This document shows positions 27,301-38,299 of a stretch of 64,000 bases of DNA, piece after piece. The position numbers and the translations under genes were made by a program. The notes under the pieces were generated by a model, which was not told the DNA's origin, did not search any database, and worked only from the letters and a program-made list of their open reading frames with translations. The stretch covers positions 44,578,001 to 44,642,000 of the forward strand of contig CAIIXF020000001.1 of assembly GCA_903813345.2 (NCBI GenBank), in the 5' to 3' direction. The stretch comes from Owenia fusiformis. Its lineage: Eukaryota. The number at the start of each line of letters is the position of its first letter. The stretch's first letter is position 1.

Positions 27301-29968
27301 TCATTCTACAATCTGTAGCAATTTCATCTCACAATAGGTAAATCTAACGAAATTAGAGCATTTGTATCTTTACTTTCCGGACACCCTGTATGTAGTAAAA
27401 TGTCATAAGAGGGGTAAAAATGAAAAGCCTCTGGTTTCAACCGATTTTAGAGCCTGGGATTCAAGAGCTTAAATTACTTAATATATAATGTTATCTAAAT
27501 TAGTAAATAATAAGAGTTGATAAATAAAATCATCCTTGTTCATTGTCACTTCTTTTTTATAATTAAGCATGCATACCACACAGAGGAGAATATGGATTGG
27601 CTCTATCCAGTGGAGATGATCCCTACCACAAATGCATGTATTACCAGTGTATGAGGGGAAATTGGATACCTAAAATGTGTCCTGATGGGAGAGGAATACG
27701 TGAACAAATCTTCCATCCTAAATCAGGGCTCAGTAAACAATTCCCCTGTGTTGAGACAGTCAATGCCTGTAAAGCAACATATTCAGAAAAAGGTGTTGGT
27801 AAGAAACTTCAGATTTTTCTAAATAGTATGAAGTTCACTATATGAGTATATTTAGTGTTACTTTTTGTAATTTGGATAAACTCAAAAGGAGACTGTAAAA
27901 AGAAACAATTTATGAAAAAGCTATGTCAAATGAAATGCTTTTTTAAAATCACTTTTGATATTGTCAAAACATGACTTATGTTCGGGCTAGTAAGACAATC
28001 ACAAGAAGCTAATCTAAAACAACAATACATTATAAAATGTTTACATTAAATCAGAACCAAAAGGAGGAATTTGTTTAATTTTCTTTTTATAAACACCCAG
28101 AGGTCTAAAAACATTTTTATGATAGAACGTATGGTACATGATTTTAATGTTCATTTTATAATCATGTTTCATAATCAAGCAGGATAGCTAGAAAATATTT
28201 TGACCCCTCACATTTTGGCTGATGCTTTTCAAAAAAATATAGTCTTTCATTTTTAACATTTTGTCTAATATTTTGTCAATGATGTAGCAAAGGGCAAAAA
28301 CATTATTAGAATTCAATGACAGGGTATGAACTAAAAACTTATATCTCTGTGAAAGTCTTTAAAAAAATATGACCGAGAAGTGAACACTCATCATATCGTT
28401 GCTGTGATGCTGTACCATTGGAATATAAGTACCTCAAGTTAAATTGATTTCTATATTGAAAATGTGAATATTCTACTGCATAAGAGTCATTTCTGTATTT
28501 TCTATTTTTCATATACTTCACTTGATAGCTGATACTTCAACAAGTGTGTGTGGCGTGGACGTGTGTTGGATCGTCGACATGTCATGTTCAATAAGTTCCG
28601 AAGATAAAGCAAGGGTCAAAAAATTTGTGAGCACTGTCACCAGAAAATTTCCATTGGGCCCAGCATTCAGCCAAATATCTGGGAGTACATACGGCGATAC
28701 AACAGAACCGTTCATTTATTTGAACAGCTATAATAATCCAAGAAAAGTAAAGTTATTTACATTTTTTAACATATTGTTCTTAATTATTGCCAAACAAACA
28801 TGAAAAGTGAAAATGAATCTTATATATATTACACATGATCACTTGTCCTGTTTTTAACGTAACAGTATTCTCAAAAAATACAGTTGTTCCCTTCAAAGTA
28901 GTACTTAAAAATGTTGAACTGATGCTAGGTGCGTGAAGCTATCATGAATATGGCAACAAACTTGAAACCTTGTGCTACAAAGACCTATTTGGCACTAAGA
29001 GAAGCAAGGGAAGTACACTTGACTGAAGAGAAGGGCAGACGACCAGACCGCAGTGTAAGTAAAGAATATAGGATGTAAGATTTCTAATTTTGATTGGGAT
29101 ATTAATACAGTCTCCCATTTGAAATCCACACATGGGAATTCTTTTGGGATTGTGACCACTCTTTGCAGCAAGACTGTTCCAGGGATTTGTTTCCTGACTG
29201 TAATGACTGATTAAATGTTCATGTGCTAATGCATAAAAATTCAACAGTGTCTACTTTCAAAAGGCCACATACCGGTAGGTTAAAATAGTTAAATCTTGGA
29301 TTATATCTAAATTATGTCACACACCTTTTTTGTAGTGACATAAAATGAGAAAGCATGTTCACAATATTTGGTCACACAATTTGTGTCAATAGTTTGTCTC
29401 ATTTTCACTCTGTCTATACATACTCTGTATTTGAAAGTAGCCTACTACTTTTGTTCTAGAATATAAATCTATTTACCTTACTATGGTAACCAGTAGCATA
29501 ATTATCATAGGTATGCATACTAGTTTTCGAAGGCTGGCTAAATTGCCAACTGAGGTTGTTACTTAAGACTTATACACTTAACTTGTGTTTGCCTTATATT
29601 ATGTCGTAATTCAATTCAGATATTTTTCTGTATAACACATTGATAAGTTTGGGAGACTATTTTAGGCTGTGTGTATCGTTATGACTGATGGCATGACCCA
29701 TCCTCCAACAATGAAGTCTGAAACTATAGCTGAGGCTGACAAGCTAAGAAAGTTATGCACGATACTATTGATTATCTTGCCGAACACATCAGAAAACCGT
29801 GGTATCTCTATTAAAGAGAAGACAAGATTAAGACTTGAAGAATTTGCAAAGATCCAACCAGATCCTAGTCTAAGACTGGATCTTAGATCTTTTGAAGAGC
29901 TGGATTCTGTTGTCAATGAAATATCAAAAAAGACCTGCTTTAAAGTTTCACATAATGTTGTAAGCTAA
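24353..29968 (+). CDS. Secreted CBM14-like + VWA domain protein, paralogue C (339 aa, 6 coding exons)
   Basis: Exons 24353-24428, 24948-25013, 27568-27798, 28529-28746, 28929-29054, 29666-29968; same phases; 1020 nt open. Signal peptide MDILSYLLLLHVYVVTVQG; CMYYQCMRGNWIPKMCPDG; DMSCS...PCATKT...MTDG; AATAAA near 30046. Confidence 0.88.
25400..25770. repeat. Minisatellite with a unit of about 33 bp in intron 2 of paralogue C
   Basis: Repeated GATCCCACAAGTTACAGATTATCAAAATCTACT-like units; explains the repetitive ORF 25455-25718. Confidence 0.9.
26098..27468. mobile_element. TTAA-flanked piggyBac-like non-autonomous element hosting the MITE above
   Basis: TTAA|CCTCTTGAGTACC ... GGATTCAAGAGC|TTAA, imperfect TIRs. 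Confidence 0.55.
26311..27388. mobile_element. Tc1/mariner-type MITE with long TIRs
   Basis: TA|CAGGGTGTCTGGAAAGTAAAGATACAAAT ... ATTTGTATCTTTACTTTCCGGACACCCTG|TA; inverted similarity extends more than 100 bp. Confidence 0.85.
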
Positions 29969-31097
29969 ATATCAAATACAATTTGAATACAAGCATCACT
30001 AATATATTCTGTTTTTTATTTATTTATAAATTACAATATGCATTGAATAAAATACAATGCATTAACATGACATAATGTCACTACCTGGTTGTAATTGTAA
30101 AAGTGCAACATTGTTACATGGCTTTACTCGAGTCTCTAGCTTACAGCTAGACGTAACTTCATTGATTTCGTATGTACTCTAGAAAAGGTGCTACACGCAC
30201 CTACACGCACCTAGAACTCATTTTTAATAAATTTTATAAATATTTCTAAGAATATTAATCATATTTAGGATGAAGCGTTGCTTGTCTGGATTTAGATATT
30301 TCAAAATTTCATTTCGGAGTTTGAAACATGGTGAAATTTTCTCGCTGTAGCTAAAAATGGCTTCCGGTTCTGGACGTGAATAAAATTTGAAATTATTCTC
30401 GCTTAAAGAAATCAAATATAACAATAGATTCAGACGGGGATGTGAGCTGATGTTCATCAAATCTATACATAAAGGTATATTTCATATTATTATGCCATAT
30501 TTACTGTGCGTGTGACACAATGATTTACAATATTTATAATACTAAGGCAGCTCAATTTTCCTCCTCGAAGCCGGAATATAGAGAAGGCATTGGACCGAAG
30601 TAAACATGGCTATATTATGTCACACACATTTTTTGTAGTGACATAAAAAGAGAAAGCTTGTTCACAAAATGTTCATACAATTACTGTTCATAATTTGTCC
30701 CATTTTCACTCCCCCATACATAGGCTACTACTTGTATTCTAAAATGTAATCTATTTACCTTATTCTGGTAACCAGTAGCATATATTTTCTCCTTCCACCC
30801 CTCATCCTGGAATAGGCAATACAAATAAACCATAATGAATAACTTTATTTAAAAAAATCATTATATTTTTGTACAATTTCTATAGTAACATCATGCAACT
30901 GAGAATTACTTAATTAAAATGTGTTTAATACAGAAATGAAAAATGTTAATTAGTTTTAAACCTTCCAATTTTAATTTGTCTTCAGTTGATTGGCTGTGTT
31001 AAAATACTCTACAATAAAAACTTCGCCTGCAGTCTCAGCATTTACAGTGTTATGATATAATTCAACAGTCAATCTCTCGAAATGTGAATAATTATTA

Positions 31098-31870
31098 TAC
31101 TAGATAATGGCAACTCCGCGGAGTAGCAAATCCCAACAAACAAAATATCAATTACCAAATTCCAATCAATTATACTCATTACTTTGGTTAAAATTGAAAA
31201 ATTTAGATTTTAGAATTGCGAATTCCTGCAAAGCAGACATTTTGAATTTTCTGAGGTACAAATCTGAAAAATAATACCATAATTGTGATCTACTCCAAAA
31301 TTCCTTCAATTTGAGTATTATATAGCCATACATTGAAGGGATCGAAAAATTATTGTGAAATCGTACATTAGACGGCCATTTTGAATTTTACGAGGCTCGA
31401 ATCAGAAAAAAGATACAATATTTGCAATCTACTCTTAATTGCCTTTCATTTGAGTATAATAAACCTATACTACAGAAAGATCTACAAATTAGCGAAAATT
31501 TCTGTTTTCCTGACCCCCCATACACGGCCCCTGGGGGTCAGGATGAAAAACACGGAATATATGTGAAATAGATAGATGTTGCGAATATACTACCAAAATT
31601 TCAAACAATAATATTAATAACTTTGGTTTAGAATGAAAAATTTATGATTTTTGCGAAAAAGTCCCGTTATTTTTAAAGCGGCGGCCATCTTGAAAAGTTT
31701 TTTTTGCGTAAAACTTTTTATCAATATACATCTTTCCACCAAATATGAAGAAAATCCGTCTACTAATATTTGAGTTATCTTCCGGACGGACGGACGGACG
31801 GACTGACTGACGGACTGACGGACGGAGGGCTTCACTATATCCCTACCGAACTTCGTTCGTTGGGATAATT
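31098..31870 (+). mobile_element. Dispersed non-autonomous Helentron-like repeat (microsatellite + 3' hairpin)
   Basis: Starts ACTAGATAATGGCAACTCCGCGGAGTAGCAAATCCC; (GACG/GACT)n at about 31783-31824; hairpin CCCTACCGAACTTCGTTCGTTGGG; homologous copies at 38884-39954 (minus) and 127-456. Confidence 0.75.
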
Positions 31871-32302
31871 AACCCTTCCTTTTATGTAAGATTTGTGGCA
31901 TATGTAACAACATTATTATGTGGAGATTAAATTCCAATGACCTAAACATAATTTGTTCATGAACTAGGCTAGACCTTTAAAACCATAAACATTTGGAATT
32001 CAGACACAAGACGTAATCTATTGCAAATAACAATGGGAAAATTTATGACAGAGGTTTAATATAAAACTCAAAAACAATGGTTATCATAGTATTAATTTGC
32101 TTATCTTAATAACTATCAACATTTTTATATCAGAGTAAATGGAATGATTCAAAAATGGCAGTTTAACATTTAAATGATAACAGTATCTAGAGTCATGATC
32201 GACTTTTTGCATAGATAATACATAACAGAGGCAATAAAAAATTAAATCAGCATTCAACACAGACAAGTGAATGAAGAAATCAGACAGTATCCAAAGCATA
32301 AG

Positions 32303-32917
32303 ATGAGTGCCATGACTACATTGTGTGTCTTAATAGTAATAACCCTGATACAAAGTGTATGGAGAGTTGAAGCTGGGAAATGCTCAAGTCTTCAAGCAAA
32401 ACTGAAGAAAGCACAGGTTGAACTGGGTAAATTGAGGAAAATCGCAGCCCAATGTCCCCAGCGACCATTAAGCTGCCCAGATGGATTTGTTTGGAATGTT
32501 CGATTGAATACTTGTCACAAATTCATTTACAAGATAAAGGTTTCTTGGTTTGATGCCCTCACTTACTGCCAATCTCTTGGAGCAAACCTTATAGCAATTG
32601 AGAATGAAAATGAACAAACATATGTCATTGAGCAAATTCAAGCAGCAAAAACATCAGGAAAACATACCAATGAAAGAAGTGATTTTTGGACTGGGGGAAA
32701 TGATCTATGTGATGACTGGAAGTGGTCAGGTGGTCCAAGCTGGATACCAAAGCCACTTAATAACTTCACAAAATGGGACGTATTGTTTGGGAGTAGACCA
32801 CAGCCTGAAGTGAATGAGGAGAAATGTATGTTCATTCATGGGACACGGGATTACAAATGGCATGATGGGGGCTGTCAGGAATCAAGATTTTTCATCTGTG
32901 AGATAAATCTTCCATAG
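32303..32917 (+). CDS. Secreted C-type lectin (perlucin-like), intronless CDS, 204 aa
   Basis: ATG at 32303 inside the 216-aa ORF; hydrophobic signal (LCVLIVITLIQSVWRVEA), short heptad neck, long-form CTLD motifs CPDGF...CHKF...SWFDALTYC...ANL...FWTGGND...WKW...QPE...EKC...WHDGGC...FFICE; AATAAA at 33051; TATA-like ATATAAAA near 32059. Confidence 0.93.
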   Translation: MSAMTTLCVLIVITLIQSVWRVEAGKCSSLQAKLKKAQVELGKLRKIAAQCPQRPLSCPDGFVWNVRLNTCHKFIYKIKVSWFDALTYCQSLGANLIAIENENEQTYVIEQIQAAKTSGKHTNERSDFWTGGNDLCDDWKWSGGPSWIPKPLNNFTKWDVLFGSRPQPEVNEEKCMFIHGTRDYKWHDGGCQESRFFICEINLP

Positions 32918-33207
32918 AAGAACCATACTGTTAAATTTGAACATGTGAAAGTATTGGAGAAACATCTCTCTTGAAGCAACTGTATCTTGACTCTAATGAT
33001 AAATTCAAGTTTGACTGGTTCCAAACTGGTACACGGAGACTGAATTGAGAAATAAACATTTTTCTTTGACAAGGGAAGGAGATTTGGACAACTTCTTGCT
33101 TGCCTTTGAGAAATTCTTTCCAGTCATAAAAACAAAAACCCCAAAGAGACTTAATCAAATGATATTTTTATTCTTTATCATGAAAAATGTAAATGTTGCA
33201 CAATTAC

Positions 33208-36200
33208 CTGATTCAAAAATGCAGTAAACAGCTCATCTTTACATAATATGGAATGGGCAGCTGTTCGTAAAAGGAAATTCTGAAAATAAAAGATGAAATC
33301 AACTAATTAGTATCAAATATTATACCGAGTCAGGTTTTGTTGATTTAGGCCTCTTCAAATTACTTGTCTGTTCAGCAGTGCCTGTACTTTAATCTAAAAC
33401 CTCCTCAAACTTTTTTATTACCTTTTAAGAATTTTTTCTTTTATTTAACATGCTCTTTTAGAGTATGAATAATAATAAGGAAATAGAGAGGAATTAGAGA
33501 ATTTTCTTCAGGTCCATAAACCCAAAGTGCTATTTTTTAATACATTCCAGACATTTTAAACAGGAATCAATAAATGACAATTGATTTGTTAAAAATGTCT
33601 TTTTTTACTCTCCAACAAATAAAATAATATAAAAACACTAATGTAAGCCTTACTTCAAGACCCTGTCTTCTTCTCTCTATGAAATCTGGATCAAATTTGT
33701 CAGAGGGAAGTTTCTGCCAAACATGGCTAACCTAGAGAACACATAAATGCATGTAAAATACATGTACACAAAATTTTATGAAAAAGGAAATCCTGAAATA
33801 TATCAGTGTATTTAGTTCATTTTAGACCATTATGCAAAACATATTTTTTTAATATACCACCAGTATTCAAACCAGGCATTAACATGCAAAATGTCACCAC
33901 CTACCATTTGTTACAGATGCCACTTTTACAGATACCATTTGTTACAGACACTTAACACTGTCCACAAAAAAGTTGGAGATCACATGTAACAATAAGTCAC
34001 CACTTTTGGTGGCAACATAAAAACAGATTTACAATACCCTTTTCTCGGGAAGTGGCGGGACGACAACTGGGGGATACATGATGTCCAGGTAATTCCGTAG
34101 AAGTTCAAATTCGCTATATCTTCTCCAGATAGATGTCACTTCTCCATGACCAGGTTTGGTGGGATCAGTGACTCTAAAAAATAATAAAGCAGATTTGAGG
34201 TACATGTAGTTATACACTCTGATGTCGAAAAGTTGCATATAATTTTATGTTAAAATGTTCATTACATGTGCAATGTTTCAATGTCAGCTATATTTTATAA
34301 TTTAAAAGCTGGTGTCATTGACTTTGTTTGCAACTTTGTTGCAAATACTTAAAAAAAATATTACAATTTTAAGAAATGTTGAATACCAACTGTGTTTATT
34401 TGGTGTAGCAAAAACAACATTTCACTTACTTTGTTTCGATGAGATACACCATGAATGTTTCGGGAATGTTCATGTACTTTCCAGTTCTCTTCTCTGGCTC
34501 TACAATGCTGATCTCCATCCATTTCAGCAAATTATCCTGAAATATATTACAAAATAATTCTGAGGATATATTTTGTGGTGAAGGTATGATGTCTAAATGC
34601 CAACACTTGTAGAAAAACTAACTGAATCCCTCCCAAAAAAGGATATACGATAACATTGATTTCTGATTTTTTACTTAAATTGTTCAAAATGTCAACATAT
34701 TTTACTAATAAAATTGATCAATCCTACCGTTTCCCTATCAGAACTAGATGCAAGTAGAAACAATCTTGATTTTTGTCACAGAAATATTCAGCCAAAGTGA
34801 TATCATATTTAAAATCTACAGGATGGGCCAAAAGAACATTAACATTTTTGTTAAGTTACAACGTTTTTAATACAACAGACAAATGTTCAAATCATATCAA
34901 TTTCCAACAAAATGATATATAATTCATTTCACAAAAAATGAGTATTTGCCTTTTAGTATAACATTTTGATTACCACAGGGGTCAAAATCTTGATTTACCA
35001 ATTGCTGAATACAGAATGCTAAGAACTGACCAGACAGATAAAGCCTCTATGTCAGCTTTTGGGATATAATTCTAATTGTAAAAGGTCATAATTACCATAG
35101 AGCCACCAATAGTCATTCATATTTTGTTGGAAATTGAATAATCTTTCTATTGACATGTGATTTATGGATATTTCTAACATATCATCAGCAAAAATATTAC
35201 AAAAATAAAGCTGTGGACGTTTTTTGTCCACCCTGTATATGTAAATTACATCTAGTATCTGGTTTCAAAAATTTTCAACTTTGAAATTTTAATTTTCTTT
35301 CAAAATGTAACTTCTAGGTTGGGTAGATTCCCCATATACCCCATGTTACAAAATCACATGACAATATTTTAATGGACATATTTTAATTATGAAAATTGAT
35401 CCTCTAAAACTGATGAATATTCATGTTTTATTTTCTGAGATTATAGCTGACAATGAATTCATAATGAACAGTCCAAAAGATTGGAACCCCGGAGGAGGTT
35501 CTGATCAACTTTTTGTGTAGGGGATGCTGCTGAGATTTGAATTATCTACTTAACAGAAAGCCCATGGACAAAATGTAAAATATACAAATTTTAGGGGATA
35601 TGTATCAAGACAAGACAATATTCAAAACAAGGGACTTTCAAACCAACATACATGTACAGTAAAATTTTAGATTTTAGATGTTTGGTCTCTAACTGTGTCA
35701 TCAGTTAGAGACCATCTATCAGTATCATCAATCCGTGCAAGTATTGGAGCGCTGAAATACTTCTTTTTCGATCAAGACTTGTAAATTGTTCATGGAGTGA
35801 ATGTTTTTTCGACCCATTTCCAATATGGCGGTTTGATAGGAGCGAGATACGCAACGAACAAAATGAATTTTGAGTAAAGTTCGGACAACCTCCCGAGATT
35901 TATGAAAATGTCCAAGCAGAAAATGCCATGTTGGAATTTGGCAGAAAAAACATTCACTTGACTGACAAAATAGTCTTGATCGAAAAGGAAGTACTTAAGT
36001 GCTTCAATATTTGCATGGAAGAATGATAACAATGAATGACATAGTTAGAGAACAAAAGTAAGCCCCGGATCAACTTAATTCGTATTTCAAAGGTCACTAT
36101 TATTCAGCTGTCCATTTCTCCGTTTGAGAGCCATAAGTTCCAAAATCTAACATGGCTCTCGAAGTGACCCAGACCCCCCCCTTGGGTGGGCCCATAAAAA

Positions 36201-38299
36201 AAATTGGGCCCAAAGAAAATTTTGGACCAAAAAGGCCTTAAGCCCCAAAAAGTGGGCCTTTTTGGTCATTACTGGGCCTTGTAAGGCCCTATTTGTTAAT
36301 TTCAGGCCAAATTTTTGAAGAAAAATGGCCTCAAAATTTGGGCCCACTTTTGGGTTATAGGGGCCCAGAATTTTCCGCGCAAGTGTGGAAGTTTTTTTCG
36401 CTGACTTGGAATTTGGCCCCCCTCCCTTGTTGGTTCCCAGATCCGCCCCTGGCATATGAAAAATAGAAACATATGTACAAGGTCTAACTTTTTATATTTC
36501 AGATAGTTACATGTATGTTAGTCATATAAATCTGACCGTCGTATGCTGTTATTTGTTATTTTTTCTTATTTGGATATTTATTTTTTATTTTTTCTTGCAT
36601 ACGATGGTCATACACACTTGCCAGTTCTATATTGCGGGAAATGCTTTCCTGGCCTGTCTACCCAACCAAATTCACACAAATGATAAATTAATTTCTTTGC
36701 TTCAACTATAAAGTATTTAATCTTACCTTAGGCACGTAAAACGCTTGGTAATTGAAGAAATATAAGCATGCTGCTTGAATTTTAAAATTTTCTCATTTTG
36801 CATACCAAGGTCACTTCCGGGTTAATCTGATAGTCTAGATGTAAAACTAATATCAAAACGAAATCATAAGTATTTGTTACACCAAGATTCAGATGGAAGA
36901 AACGCAGTGTCATTAAGAAGGGAAGTAACGTGGAAAAGTTATTGTTTCAGAAATGAGAAAAGTGAGTAGTATGAAAAAACAGCCTTTGAATCTATGTGTT
37001 ATAAATAATTATGATTCCGTTTCGATCCATGTTTACATTTAGAGTACCGGAAACAACATTTAGCAACATGGCGGGCGATGATGAAAATATACTTCAATTG
37101 ATTATATTTCGTCAATTATCAAGCGTTTTACATGTCTAAGGAAAGATTTAACACTTTGATGTTGGAGCAAAATAAAAAATCGATAATCGACTTTGGTTGG
37201 TATGGATTAGATACCCAGACAGGCCAGGAAAGCATTTCCCGCAGTTTGTTCCATATTATATCTACGACCGTATATACCAAGAAAATGATGAAAAATAAAT
37301 ATCCAAACAAGAACAAGGAACATCACAGAACAGCATACAACGGTCGGATTTATATGACTATAGTCCATTTCACTGCTTCATTTCATCAGTAGAACGGCAA
37401 AAATAAGAAATTGGGAGACCATCGTGCAATAATATATGGAAAAGTATATTCATAATGTACATGAATGACATTTGCATATTTCAATTTTTTTAGTTTTTTG
37501 TGCAATAAGCCTGTGCCGTCTTGTAATTTGAAGAATTTCAGCCATGTTAATCTTATTGAAAATAACATGGCAGAGAAACATCCAAATATAAGAGGCCACA
37601 CACTTTATAAGCCAAACTAGAAGCAATCCAAGATATACAAATGTCATTCATGTACATTATGAATATACTTTTCCATATATTATTGCACAATGGTCTCCAA
37701 ATTTCTTATTTTTGCCGTTCTACTGACGAAATGAAGCAGTGAAATGGACTCTACATGTATCTATAATGTGCAGCAAAACTATGGCCTTTTTTATAACTTA
37801 GGGAGTTTCAGCCATGTTAATTATTTCGAAAAAATAACATGGCAGAGAAGCATCAAAATATAAGAGGCCACACATATGATATAGCCAAAATACAAAACAA
37901 ACTAAAATATGCAAAACTTAGGCCATGTATAAAATATGTTTCTATTTTTACATATACCGTTTCAATATGGTCCTTTGATTTCTTATTTTTTAGATTCAAA
38001 GTAGTTCCAAACATTTAAAATTTTACTGTAATTTGGAAATGGTGATAGAAAATCAACAACTTTATGGCCCAGATCATTTTTGGATGTTTTCGAAAATAAA
38101 TTTTAGGTGGACTAAGTTTTTAATACGCTTTACCGCTTAACAACAGTATGGATTGGAATAAAAATGGTCGTATATATGGATAATGTGCAGTTGAATAGCA
38201 TAGTGATACCTTTTGATTAGCTTCTTGTGTGCTTACTTCAGAATAAGAAGAATTATCTGGAACTTCTACTTGGGTGTCTCCACTTCCGGTATCTTCCAT
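33208..38299 (-). CDS. SNX4: Sorting nexin-4, first five coding exons (N-terminus + PX domain); BAR-domain exons not found in window
   Basis: Minus-strand exons 38299-38210, 34536-34430, 34173-34038, 33731-33654, 33279-33208, phases compatible. Peptides MEISIVEPEKRTG...ETFMVYLIETK, SIWRRYSEFELLRNYL...VVPPLPEKR, VWQKLPSDKFDPDFIERRRQGLE, NFLLRTAAHSILCKDELFTAFLNQ match the SNX4 PX domain as I recall it. Confidence 0.88.
34819..35235. mobile_element. TA-flanked Tc1/mariner-type MITE
   Basis: TA|CAGGATGGGCCAAAA ... TTTTGTCCACCCTG|TA with further internal inverted similarity. Confidence 0.6.
35732..36019. mobile_element. MITE with imperfect TIRs of about 48 bp
   Basis: TCCGTGCAAGTATTGGAGCGCTGAAATACTTCTTTTTCGATCAAGACT versus AGTCTTGATCGAAAAGGAAGTACTTAAGTGCTTCAATATTTGCATGGA. 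Confidence 0.7.
37361..37751. mobile_element. TA-flanked MITE with inverted arms of about 120 bp
   Basis: 37362-37480 is the near-perfect reverse complement of 37632-37750. Confidence 0.8.

Noticed and set aside
32267..32302. N-terminal extension of the lectin from the GTG start in the ORF track
   Set aside because: Eukaryotic context; the ATG at 32303 directly precedes the signal peptide.
32931..33158. Minus-strand ORF containing DWKEFLKG as a possible SNX4 exon 6
   Set aside because: No AG acceptor (TTTTTAT precedes it), similarity is limited to WKE, and it overlaps the lectin 3' UTR.
36147..36455. 102-aa GC-rich ORF
   Set aside because: Lies in a repeat fragment with GGGCC-rich subrepeats and a CAGGGGCGGATCT transposon-like end; no coding signature.
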